This document shows positions 1 through 7,803 of a stretch of DNA of 28,155 nucleotides, piece after piece. Under the pieces are notes generated by a model. That model did no database searches, was not told where the DNA came from, and worked only from the letters and a program-made list of their open reading frames with translations. The translations under genes were made by a program, and so were the position numbers. The stretch is from a virus. Its lineage: Duplodnaviria > Heunggongvirae > Uroviricota > Caudoviricetes. The stretch lies in the IMG/VR virus record IMGVR_UViG_2547132281_000009, positions 1-28,155 of that record; one strand, 5' to 3'. The first letter of the stretch is position 1; each line of letters opens with the position of its first letter.

Positions 1-870
1 TTGCTTGACAGCTTCACCGAAAAAATGGCGCGAAATTTTCATTTCGAATATGGAACAGCGCGCGCCTGGGGATCTTTTGGCTATGCTATTGGCGCGTTCT
101 TTGCCGGCATATTTTTTAGTATCAGTCCCCATATCAACTTCTGGTTGGTCTCGCTATTTGGCGCTGTATTTATGATGATCAACATGTGTTTTAAAGATAA
201 GGATCACCAGTGCGTAGCGGCGGATGCGGGAGGGGTAAAAAAAGAGGATTTTATCGCAGTTTTCAAGGATCGAAACTTCTGGGTTTTCGTCATATTTATT
301 GTGGGGACGTGGTCTTTCTATAACATTTTTGATCAACAACTTTTTCCTGTCTTTTATGCAGGTTTATTCGAATCACACGATGTAGGAACGCGCCTGTATG
401 GTTATCTCAACTCATTCCAGGTGGTACTCGAAGCGCTATGCATGGCGATTATTCCTTTCTTTGTGAATCGGGTAGGGCCAAAAAATGCATTACTTATCGG
501 TGTTGTGATTATGGCGTTGCGTATCCTTTCCTGCGCGCTGTTCGTTAACCCCTGGATTATTTCATTAGTGAAGCTGTTACATGCTATTGAGGTTCCACTT
601 TGTGTCATATCCGTCTTCAAATACAGCGTGGCAAATTTTGATAAGCGCCTGTCGTCGACGATCTTTCTGATTGGTTTTCAAATTGCCAGTTCGCTTGGGA
701 TTGTGCTGCTTTCAACGCCGACTGGGATACTCTTTGACCACGCAGGCTACCAGACAGTTTTCTTCGCAATTTCGGGTATTGTCTGCCTGATGTTGCTATT
801 TGGCATTTTCTTCTTGAGTAAAAAACGCGAGCAAATAGTTATGGAAACGCCTGTACCTTCAGCAATATAG
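1..870 (+). CDS. cscB: Sucrose permease CscB (LacY-family MFS oligosaccharide:H+ symporter), C-terminal 289 aa; 5' end lies outside the window
   Basis: ORF runs from the window edge to a TAG at 868-870; translation is multi-TM and LacY-like (DSFTEKMARNFHFEYGTARAWGSFGYAIGAFFAG...), matching CscB as I recall it; csc genes are known to sit next to argW in sucrose-positive E. coli. Confidence 0.8.
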   Translation: MLDSFTEKMARNFHFEYGTARAWGSFGYAIGAFFAGIFFSISPHINFWLVSLFGAVFMMINMCFKDKDHQCVAADAGGVKKEDFIAVFKDRNFWVFVIFIVGTWSFYNIFDQQLFPVFYAGLFESHDVGTRLYGYLNSFQVVLEALCMAIIPFFVNRVGPKNALLIGVVIMALRILSCALFVNPWIISLVKLLHAIEVPLCVISVFKYSVANFDKRLSSTIFLIGFQIASSLGIVLLSTPTGILFDHAGYQTVFFAISGIVCLMLLFGIFFLSKKREQIVMETPVPSAI

Positions 871-1311
871 ACGTAAACTTTTTCCGGTTGTTGTCGATAG
901 CTCTATATCCCTCAACCGGAAAATAATAATAGTAAAATGCTTAGCCCTGCTAATAATCGCCTAATCCAAACGCCTCATTCATGTTCTGGTACAGTCGCTC
1001 AAATGTACTTCAGATGCGCGGTTCGCTGATTTCCAGGACATTGTCGTCATTCAGTGACCTGTCCCGTGTATCACGGTCCTGCGAATTCATCAAGGAATGC
1101 ATTGCGGAGTGAAGTATCGAGTCACGCCATATTTCGCTATCAGGATTCTGTGTGATGGTTACATCGCCCGGCCCAGGGCTGTTTAGTCATCAGCGCTTTC
1201 TGACAGTGCTGAGATTTCAACCTGTTGCAGTAAAAATGAGTAGATATAAGGCAAGTGTGCTGCCAAACCCATCTTTTACGGGGTGAAGGTAGATTTCGTT
1301 TGAAGGGTATC

Positions 1312-1326
1312 TGGTGTCCCCTGCAG
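1312..1326. repeat. attL core: 15-bp copy of the 3' end of tRNA-Arg (tggtgtcccctgcag)
   Basis: Exact match to 27071-27085, which is the 3' terminus (CCA end) of the intact tRNA; sequence diverges from the tRNA immediately after. Confidence 0.75.
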
Positions 1327-1385
1327 ACATCTACTTGAGGTTGCAGGGGATTGATTGGAATGGTGTTTTTTAGATGTGAAAAATA

Positions 1386-1405
1386 TTTTACCCGCTATTT
1401 TACCC
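1386..1405. promoter_or_regulatory. Tandem TTTTACCC repeats (1386-1393 and 1398-1405), candidate integrase arm-type binding sites
   Basis: Direct repeat spaced 12 bp between attL core and the xis-like gene; the same motif ttttacccg recurs at about 26949-26957, just upstream of the integrase start. Confidence 0.3.
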
Positions 1406-1600
1406 ATTGGCGCGGCTTAAGAGCTTATTTTTGAATTCACAATGGTCACGATATAACCATCTTGCTCGCCCGTGGATAACTTTGGCTTTTGGCAGGTCGC
1501 CGGACTTAATCCGGTCGTAGATGAAGGTTTTACCGAAGCCAGTATCGGCCATGATGAATTTCAAATCAACCAGTGAATCAGGCTGTAGTTCGTGTTGCAT
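1400..1600 (-). CDS. AlpA/Xis-family excisionase-like DNA-binding protein (66 aa)
   Basis: ATG at 1600 with a GGAGA Shine-Dalgarno 8 nt upstream; translation LVDLKFIMADTGFGKTFIYDRIKSGDLPKAKVIHGRARWLYRD resembles the AlpA/phage excisionase HTH family; sits next to the att core. Confidence 0.55.
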   Translation of the reverse strand: MQHELQPDSLVDLKFIMADTGFGKTFIYDRIKSGDLPKAKVIHGRARWLYRDHCEFKNKLLSRANG

Positions 1601-1644
1601 GAGTGCTATCTCCGAATAGGGAATCGAACCTGCAAATCAGGCAA

Positions 1645-1665
1645 TAAAAAACCGCATTGATGCGG
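1645..1665 (-). terminator. Putative Rho-independent terminator (minus strand)
   Basis: 5-bp GC-rich stem ccgca/tgcgg with 4-nt loop followed on the minus strand by TTTTTT. Confidence 0.35.
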
Positions 1666-1722
1666 CGATGGTAGGTCTTGATATCTTGAGAAATGAACAG
1701 GCCTCATCGAGTGTGAGGCGGG

Positions 1723-2067
1723 TTAGTCCTTGCGTAGCTCGCTGATTCTTCTGTAAGTCTCTGGTGCTTTGTTCCCGTACGTCTTCATTTCAGACTTCAA
1801 CAGAGCAACGAGTGAATCCCATTCGTTGAGGATTCCTTTGAATGCCGGAACGCGCTTTGCAACCTTGTCGAATGAATCTCTGATTTCTGGAATCTGCTCA
1901 ACAAGTGCAACGCATCGCCGAAAGTCTGCTGCGTCATGGGGAGCGCCGAAGTGATGACCATAGATATTCTTTTTCAGGCCACATGCGATTGAGGCAAGAG
2001 TTGCGCTACTGATGCCGACATCGCCAGTTGATTGCCATTTCAAAACCTTCATAGCCAAATCTGACAT
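1723..2067 (-). CDS. Hypothetical early-left protein (114 aa)
   Basis: ATG with GGAGA Shine-Dalgarno; no recognisable motif. Confidence 0.5.
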   Translation of the reverse strand: MSDLAMKVLKWQSTGDVGISSATLASIACGLKKNIYGHHFGAPHDAADFRRCVALVEQIPEIRDSFDKVAKRVPAFKGILNEWDSLVALLKSEMKTYGNKAPETYRRISELRKD

Positions 2068-2155
2068 TTCTTGTCTCCATAAAACAAAACTCGCCGTAGC
2101 GAGCTCAGATAAAAGAAATCCCCGCGAGTGCGAGGATTGTTATGTAATATTTGGT

Positions 2156-2437
2156 TTAATCATCTATATGTTTTGTACAGAGAGGGCAAGTATCGTTTCC
2201 ACCGTACTCGTGATAATAATTTTGCACGGTATCAGTCATTTCTCGCACATTGCAGAATGGGGATTTGTCTTCATTAGACTTATAAACCTTCATGGAATAT
2301 TTGTATGCCGACTCTATATCTATACCTTCATCTACATAAACACCTTCGTGATGTCTGCATGGAGACAAGACACCGGATCTGCACAACATTGATAACGCCC
2401 AATCTTTTTGCTCAGACTCTAACTCATTGATACTCAT
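2156..2437 (-). CDS. Hypothetical Cys/His-rich protein (93 aa)
   Basis: ATG preceded by AAGGAG; contains C..C..HH and CPLC motifs suggesting metal binding. Confidence 0.5.
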   Translation of the reverse strand: MSINELESEQKDWALSMLCRSGVLSPCRHHEGVYVDEGIDIESAYKYSMKVYKSNEDKSPFCNVREMTDTVQNYYHEYGGNDTCPLCTKHIDD

Positions 2438-2628
2438 TTATAAACTCCTTGCAATGTATGTCGTTTCAGCTAAACGGTATCAGCAATGTTTATGTAAAGA
2501 AACAGTAAGATAATACTCAACCCGATGTTTGAGTACGGTCATCATCTGACACTACAGACTCTGGCATCGCTGTGAAGACGACGCGAAATTCAGCATTTTC
2601 ACAAGCGTTATCTTTTACAAAACCGATC

Positions 2629-3282
2629 TCACTCTCCTTTGATGCGAATGCCAGCGTCAGACATCATATGCAGATACTCACCTGCATCCTGAACCCATTG
2701 ACCTCCAACCCCGTAATAGCGATGCGTAATGATGTCGATAGTTACTAACGGGTCTTGTTCGATTAACTGCCGCAGAAACTCTTCCAGGTCACCAGTGCAG
2801 TGCTTGATAACAGGAGTCTTCCCAGGATGGCGAACAACAAGAAACTGGTTTCCGTCTTCACGGACTTCGTTGCTTTCCAGTTTAGCAATACGCTTACTCC
2901 CATCCGAGATAACACCTTCGTAATACTCACGCTGCTCGTTGAGTTTTGATTTTGCTGTTTCAAGCTCAACACGCAGTTTCCCTACTGTTAGCGCAATATC
3001 CTCGTTCTCCTGGTCGCGAGATTTGATGTATTGCTGGTTTCTTTCCCGTTCATCCAGCAGCGCCTGCACTACTTCAGGGTTGAAAGCTGCGATATAACGA
3101 GCGTTGTTCTCTGCGTTGTTCTGTCCATCAAAGCCGGTCCATTTGATAACGTCTTCACATCGTTTATCACCAGGTGTATGCACCGCATATGTACCAGTAC
3201 CAGACGAAATAAATGCGACCCATTCACCCTGTGTTGCCAGTTGCGCCGCTTCACGCAGTGCCTGATAGTCAATCTTGTTCAT
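2629..3282 (-). CDS. Ead/Ea22-like early protein (217 aa)
   Basis: Central coiled-coil region and C-terminal ITHRYYGVGGQWVQ-type motif typical of Ead/Ea22-family proteins of lambdoid early-left regions (from memory). Confidence 0.55.
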   Translation of the reverse strand: MNKIDYQALREAAQLATQGEWVAFISSGTGTYAVHTPGDKRCEDVIKWTGFDGQNNAENNARYIAAFNPEVVQALLDERERNQQYIKSRDQENEDIALTVGKLRVELETAKSKLNEQREYYEGVISDGSKRIAKLESNEVREDGNQFLVVRHPGKTPVIKHCTGDLEEFLRQLIEQDPLVTIDIITHRYYGVGGQWVQDAGEYLHMMSDAGIRIKGE

Positions 3283-3283
3283 G

Positions 3284-3604
3284 TCACATCACCCTGAATC
3301 CGTTGCATTTACGTAAGAAATCGCAGATATAGCCCTTCATTTTTTCATGCCAATCTCGATCATTCCCATTGCACCAACCATCAGGTGGAGTCCAGTTTTC
3401 TATCAGAGCAGCCATTTTCTTTGCTTTCGCCGGAGTAGCTGTTGCGGTATCGCAGTAATGACGAGTGTCAACCAACGCATCCATACCATCGATATCAAGT
3501 ACGCAAAACCATGTGTGATTCGGAATTCCTACAGGTGGTATTTGTTGCCCACGTCGACGTTTATCAATAAGATATACACTCACTGCTTGCCTCCTTTGCG
3601 CCAC
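3284..3604 (-). CDS. Hypothetical protein (106 aa from a GTG start; alternative ATG at 3484 gives 66 aa)
   Basis: Long ORF in the early-left operon; start codon uncertain. Confidence 0.4.
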   Translation of the reverse strand: MAQRRQAVSVYLIDKRRRGQQIPPVGIPNHTWFCVLDIDGMDALVDTRHYCDTATATPAKAKKMAALIENWTPPDGWCNGNDRDWHEKMKGYICDFLRKCNGFRVM

Positions 3605-3747
3605 ATCGCATTCAGATATTTGTTTTGATTCACTGAAGGAAAAGAATTTCTCTTAAGCAATTCCTCTCTCGATGGCATTGGCTTTACGCGTTGGCGAATA
3701 ATCATTTCTGCCGGAAGAATGCCTGGATTGTATGCAAGTCCTCTCAT
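3580..3747 (-). CDS. Hypothetical small protein (55 aa)
   Basis: ATG at 3747 with GAGGAA Shine-Dalgarno 7 nt upstream; follows the stop of the upstream gene. Confidence 0.35.
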   Translation of the reverse strand: MRGLAYNPGILPAEMIIRQRVKPMPSREELLKRNSFPSVNQNKYLNAMWRKGGKQ

Positions 3748-3757
3748 GGTAAATTCC

Positions 3758-4054
3758 TCAGTCATTACTGATAGCGCCATAGCGTGAGCGGTAATTACGC
3801 AGGCGCGGGTCGATATATTCAGGGAAGTGGGTATATGTGGCTTTGCGGAATGGTCGGATTGATGTCTGGTAAATTCGCTCGCGTTCTTCTTTCTCTGCAA
3901 GCCATATACAGTGGCGAAATTCCTTTTCCTCTTTCGTTTCCTGCGGTAGCGACATTATCCGGTCGTAGTTTTTCCTGAATTTATCCAGCACCTCCGATAC
4001 GGAATTGCCGGAACAGCGGCGCGGGTCATCCGCACCATACTGAGGCGCTGGCAT
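3758..4054 (-). CDS. Hypothetical protein (98 aa)
   Basis: ATG at 4054 with strong AGGAGA Shine-Dalgarno. Confidence 0.5.
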   Translation of the reverse strand: MPAPQYGADDPRRCSGNSVSEVLDKFRKNYDRIMSLPQETKEEKEFRHCIWLAEKEERERIYQTSIRPFRKATYTHFPEYIDPRLRNYRSRYGAISND

Positions 4055-4067
4055 GATTTTCTCCTGA

Positions 4068-4547
4068 TTAAATTGCGTGAATAGCGTGACGAGGGAAGGG
4101 GAGAGTTACTGGCTCCTCGTCTGGGTAGATAGGTTTGTTATGTTTGTGCCACTCGACATGACATGACTTGCAGAGCCACATCACATCGGTTGGTTTGCTG
4201 TAGTCGCAGTGGTGCGCCTGTGGTTTACATTCTGATCCGCAGCACTCACATTGTGGTGGTCGGATTAGCTTACCGTCGCGCAAAAAATTACCCACGATGA
4301 TGTGGGCTTTTCTTTTCCATGGGTTGCTCTGAATGAACCGCTTTTTGGCTGCGTTACACCGTTCTCTGCCGCGTTCCGATGATTGATATTCTCTCCTTGC
4401 TGATACTCGATGTGGCAATCCCGCGCGCTCTTTGTCGTATTCAGCCAGGCAAGCCCGGCAAGCGGCAGTTAATCCATCTCTGGATGCTCTTCTGATTTGA
4501 AAGTCCCTTTCTTCCTTCTGTTGATGGCATCTTGAGCAGATTTTCAT
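4068..4547 (-). CDS. HNH-family endonuclease-like protein (159 aa)
   Basis: Multiple CxxC pairs and a C-terminal HH...LC..CH motif typical of the HNH zinc-finger nuclease fold; good Shine-Dalgarno. Confidence 0.6.
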   Translation of the reverse strand: MKICSRCHQQKEERDFQIRRASRDGLTAACRACLAEYDKERAGLPHRVSARREYQSSERGRERCNAAKKRFIQSNPWKRKAHIIVGNFLRDGKLIRPPQCECCGSECKPQAHHCDYSKPTDVMWLCKSCHVEWHKHNKPIYPDEEPVTLPFPRHAIHAI

Positions 4548-4556
4548 ATTCAGCTC

Positions 4557-5030
4557 CTAGAACGGAATATCCGAATCGTCGAAGTTCATAGGTGGTTCGC
4601 TGTGATTCCCCTGCTGCTGAGGTTGCTGTCTTTGTTGCTGACCGTTATTTCGCTGAGGTGAAGACTGTTCATTGCCTCCTTGCTTGCCACCAAGCATTTG
4701 CATGGTTCCACCAACGCCCACGATGACTTCGGTAGTGAACCGATCCTGTCCGCTTTGATCCTGCCATTTTCTTGTCCGCAATTTGCCTTCAAGATAAACC
4801 TCAGAGCCTTTTCGCAGATATTCGCTGGCAATTTCTGCCAGTTTCCCGCTCATTACCACACGGTGCCACTCCGTCTGCTCCTTTTGCTCTCCAGTTTGCT
4901 TATCACGCCATTGTTCTGACGTAGCAACTGTAAGGTTTGCAAATGCCGTTCCTGATGGTGAATATCTGATTTCTGGATCATGCCCAAGGCGACCAATAAT
5001 GATCACCTTATTTACGCCTCTGCTTGCCAT
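4557..5030 (-). CDS. ssb: Single-stranded DNA-binding protein (SSB), phage-encoded
   Basis: N-terminal OB-fold sequence [23 protein letters not shown], Gly/Gln-rich linker and acidic C-terminal tail DDSDIPF are diagnostic of bacterial/phage SSB. Confidence 0.9.
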   Translation of the reverse strand: MASRGVNKVIIIGRLGHDPEIRYSPSGTAFANLTVATSEQWRDKQTGEQKEQTEWHRVVMSGKLAEIASEYLRKGSEVYLEGKLRTRKWQDQSGQDRFTTEVIVGVGGTMQMLGGKQGGNEQSSPQRNNGQQQRQQPQQQGNHSEPPMNFDDSDIPF

Positions 5031-5738
5031 TTATGCCGCCTGTTTTAGCTCGTTAACTCTGATGTTCATTACCTGAACGCATTTAGCCTGCGCCTCCTCG
5101 TTGCCAGCCATTAATTGCCAGTCACGCTGATAACGCTCGATGAGTTTTTTCTTGTCAGTTTCTGTTGACGCATAATCGCTGAAGTCTTTCAGGATTTGTT
5201 CGCAGTCAACCGATGGAGATTTCTGGTTGGTATTTTCTGGTGATGGTTTGTTATCTGATGCTGGGATTGCCCATCCCGGCAGCGATGGAGGGAGCCAGTA
5301 AAATCCTGTTCCATCCTTCAGTTTTGCCCTGTGCCACCCCTGCTTTTTATCGAGAGATGTTTGTGCGAAACCTTCCTCAAGGTTATACAGATACCGACCG
5401 ATTCCCCACTGAACGGCAGCGCGCTTCATTGCACCGGAACGACCACCTTTGACGGCTTCTACCTGCGTGTTTTCAGCAGCATCCCATTTGGTTACCCATT
5501 CGGAATCAATCTTTATTGATATGCCGCATTCAACGCCGCCGTTGTTGGGAATATCGCGGTATTCATTGCGCCATCCTGCTTTGCCGCAAACATCGTCCAG
5601 GCGCTTCATGATTGCCCGGTTCGTGACATAAGCCAGCACCATAGCCCACACCTTGCCATCGCGTGTTTTACCGCTTTGCTGTATTCGCCATTCGATATCT
5701 TCAGGGCTGAATGGCTCATCGAATTTATTCAAATCCAT
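5031..5738 (-). CDS. Single-strand annealing recombinase, Rad52/Erf-like (235 aa)
   Basis: Directly upstream of ssb in the position of lambdoid recombination genes; sequence resembles Rad52/22-type phage recombinases (from memory, not searched). Confidence 0.55.
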   Translation of the reverse strand: MDLNKFDEPFSPEDIEWRIQQSGKTRDGKVWAMVLAYVTNRAIMKRLDDVCGKAGWRNEYRDIPNNGGVECGISIKIDSEWVTKWDAAENTQVEAVKGGRSGAMKRAAVQWGIGRYLYNLEEGFAQTSLDKKQGWHRAKLKDGTGFYWLPPSLPGWAIPASDNKPSPENTNQKSPSVDCEQILKDFSDYASTETDKKKLIERYQRDWQLMAGNEEAQAKCVQVMNIRVNELKQAA

Positions 5739-5837
5739 AATTCACCTCAGAATGGACACGACCCAAGGAAATAACGCTGATTTAATACTTCGACTCGGGA
5801 CAAATTAAGGCATACCCGCATTCCTTCGCGGTCGCCA

Positions 5838-5996
5838 TTATGGCGATACCAGAGAGCTTTCTGCGTGTACATGCGTCTCTGTAACTTGCTCTCCTTCACT
5901 GTGGTTGCAAGTGACATGAATATCTCCTTCGTTACCGATTAAATCTTTCATTTGACGAATGAATTCTTCGTCTGACCAGTTATCTGTAAAACTCAT
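5838..5996 (-). CDS. Small protein in Kil position (52 aa), translationally coupled to cIII-like gene
   Basis: ATG overlaps the TGA of the upstream gene (ATGA); positional analogue of lambda kil. Confidence 0.4.
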   Translation of the reverse strand: MSFTDNWSDEEFIRQMKDLIGNEGDIHVTCNHSEGEQVTETHVHAESSLVSP

Positions 5997-6163
5997 GGAC
6001 GGCCTTGTTGTTTCAAAATATCCCAAAGCTTTTCGAGCAAACTTTTCATTCTTGGTTGTTTAAAGTCCGCTCCGGTTAAAATATTCTTTCGTGAATGCTG
6101 TACCGATAAAATCGGGTTGAAAGGGCGAACCGATGCCGCCCCTGCAATAGCGAACTGTTGCAT
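5993..6163 (-). CDS. CIII-like protease inhibitor (56 aa)
   Basis: Internal ATG at 6163 with AAGGAG Shine-Dalgarno; MQQFAIAG...SLLEKLWDILKQQG resembles lambda CIII (MQYAIAGW...); position between N and the recombination genes. Confidence 0.55.
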   Translation of the reverse strand: MQQFAIAGAASVRPFNPILSVQHSRKNILTGADFKQPRMKSLLEKLWDILKQQGRP

Positions 6164-6226
6164 AGGATGCTCCTTCTGTTTGATTGCATAACGAAAACGC
6201 CTCGAATGAAGCGTTATTGGTATGCA

Positions 6227-6253
6227 TATAAAAAAGCCCTCACACTGGAGGGC
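6227..6253 (-). terminator. Rho-independent terminator (tL-like) between the N-proximal genes and the cIII-like gene
   Basis: Stem gccctc/gagggc with 6-nt loop followed on the minus strand by TTTTTT. Confidence 0.6.
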
Positions 6254-6381
6254 AAAGAAGATTTCCAACAATCAGAACAAGTCTGCTCCTGTTTAATTAC
6301 GAGCGACATTGCTCCGTGTATTCACTCGTTGGAATGAATACACAGTGCAGTGTTTATTCTGTTGTTTGTTCCAAAGTGAAT

Positions 6382-6624
6382 TTAACCAGCAATAAACTCT
6401 TCTGGTAATTTATCAACCAGTTGATGGCTTATTATCAGCCATTTGCCATCCTTCGTTTCGTATGCATATTTCTGGTCTTTTATCATCATGTGTTCGGCTA
6501 CTGCCTTAACTGCCTGTTCTGTGACATCTTCTTTTTTTCCTACCCACATTCCTTTTTCAGTGTTTAATGTTCCTTGAAAAATACGACCGCTTAATGGGCT
6601 TGCGCCCATGGTTTTAATTTTCAT
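6382..6624 (-). CDS. Hypothetical early protein (80 aa)
   Basis: ATG with AAGGTG Shine-Dalgarno; no recognisable motif. Confidence 0.5.
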   Translation of the reverse strand: MKIKTMGASPLSGRIFQGTLNTEKGMWVGKKEDVTEQAVKAVAEHMMIKDQKYAYETKDGKWLIISHQLVDKLPEEFIAG

Positions 6625-6651
6625 ATAGCACCTTAAAAATAAAGGCCACCA

Positions 6652-6903
6652 TCAGGCAGCCTTGTTGTAAATGTTGCAGGTATCAAGTAAGTAATTAGAT
6701 GGAGCGCCATAAATTATGAATTCATCGTTTGTCGGGTCCATCTCCATCTCTTGGCCTATTGCCATTCTTGCGTCAGTGTCATCAGCTGCGAAGCATAAAA
6801 CAGCCCACGCACCCATTGTTTTAAAAAGAACTGCAATTGGCTGTGGTTTTACTGAATTTGCGTTAGCGCGAAAATCATAAATCGCACTTTCATGAAATTC
6901 CAT
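6652..6903 (-). CDS. Hypothetical protein in the ral position (83 aa)
   Basis: ATG with GAGG Shine-Dalgarno, 3 nt after N stop; ends in NKAA like lambda Ral but otherwise unlike Ral. Confidence 0.5.
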   Translation of the reverse strand: MEFHESAIYDFRANANSVKPQPIAVLFKTMGAWAVLCFAADDTDARMAIGQEMEMDPTNDEFIIYGAPSNYLLDTCNIYNKAA

Positions 6904-6906
6904 ATA

Positions 6907-7239
6907 TCACCCCTCATACAGTGGTTTGCTGCCTAATTTCATTTTCTGGCGACCAACACAAGTCAACCCCATTTCACTACGTGGCTTGCTGTACCATGTG
7001 CGCTGATTCTTGCGCTCAATACGTTGCAGGTTGCTTTCAATCTGTTCGTGGTATTCAGCCAGCACTGTAAGGTCTATCGGATTCAGTGCGCTTTCTACTC
7101 GTGATTTCGGTTTGCGATTCAGCGAGAGAATAGGGCGGTTAACTGGTTTTGCGCTTACCCCAACCAACAGGGGATTTGCTGCTTTCCATTGAGCCTGTTT
7201 CTCTGCGCGACGTTCGCGGCGGCGTGTTTGTGCATCCAT
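6907..7239 (-). CDS. N: Antitermination protein N (lambda N-like, 110 aa)
   Basis: Translation begins MDAQTRRRERRAEKQAQWKAANPLLVGVSAKPVNRPILSLNRKPKSRVESALNPIDLTVLAEYH, matching lambda N including the arginine-rich motif; C-terminal ~25 aa differ. Confidence 0.9.
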   Translation of the reverse strand: MDAQTRRRERRAEKQAQWKAANPLLVGVSAKPVNRPILSLNRKPKSRVESALNPIDLTVLAEYHEQIESNLQRIERKNQRTWYSKPRSEMGLTCVGRQKMKLGSKPLYEG

Positions 7240-7482
7240 TTTATTCTCCTTTGAGCAACTTCATCGCTTCATCAATACGTGATTGTGTCCCTGCGTTTGG
7301 CTCCACTTCTTGAATTCGGCGAGCGTCCTCAAGGAGTTTCGCAATCATTTCTTTAAGCGCTTCGTTATTCATGGTCATTCTCCTGTCAGTTAGCTTTGAG
7401 TAACGCGCCGTGATGCTTATCTCCACGGTTGCTGTCTTGCAGCTGCATTTCGCGCTACTCAAAGCCTTCTGCTTTGAATGCT

Positions 7483-7513
7483 GCCCTTCTTCAGGGCTTA
7501 ATTTTTAAGAGCC
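7483..7513 (-). promoter_or_regulatory. nutL site (boxB hairpin GCCCTGAAGAAGGGC and boxA-like GCTCTTA)
   Basis: On the minus strand: ggctcttaaaaattaagccctgaagaagggc, the lambda nutL arrangement. Confidence 0.8.
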
Positions 7514-7553
7514 TCACCTTCAATGGTGGTTAGTGCGTCCTGCTGATGTGCTT

Positions 7554-7616
7554 AGTATCACCGCTAGTGGTATCTGTGTCAACACCGCCAGAGATAATTT
7601 ATCACCGCAGATGGTT
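7554..7616 (-). promoter_or_regulatory. pL promoter with OL1, OL2, OL3 operators
   Basis: Three 17-bp lambda-type operators (tatcaccgctagtggta 7556-7572, caacaccgccagagata 7580-7596, tatcaccgcagatggtt 7600-7616); minus-strand TTGACA (7577-7582), 17 bp, GATACT (7554-7559). Confidence 0.85.
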
Positions 7617-7770
7617 ATCTGTATGTTTTTTATATAGATTTATTTTTTTTGCAGGGGGGGCTTGGGAGGTGATCGAGAGATCTGAATTGCGATGTTTAGT
7701 GAGTTGTATCTATTAATTTTCAAATAAATACAATTGGTTATGTGTTATTGGTTGAAGGGGATCGTGAGGC

Positions 7771-7800
7771 AAAGAAAACCCGGCGCTGAGGCCGGGTTGT
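7771..7800 (-). terminator. Rho-independent terminator ending the cI operon (tImm-like)
   Basis: Stem cccggc/gccggg (7779-7796) with 6-nt loop, followed on the minus strand by TTTTCTTT; sequence matches the lambda terminator distal to rexB as I recall it. Confidence 0.75.
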
Positions 7801-7803
7801 ATA

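Noticed and set aside
154-620. Minus-strand ORFs inside cscB (154-339, 402-620)
   Set aside because: Antisense to the LacY-family permease frame
883-920. Hairpin after cscB (8-bp stem, 22-nt loop)
   Set aside because: The loop is too long and there is no U-tract on either strand for a canonical Rho-independent terminator
7241-7462. 73-aa ORF upstream of N on the minus strand
   Set aside because: It lies in the pL leader between nutL and the N start, where lambda has no gene; the sequence is lambda-like leader RNA, so the ORF is most likely fortuitous
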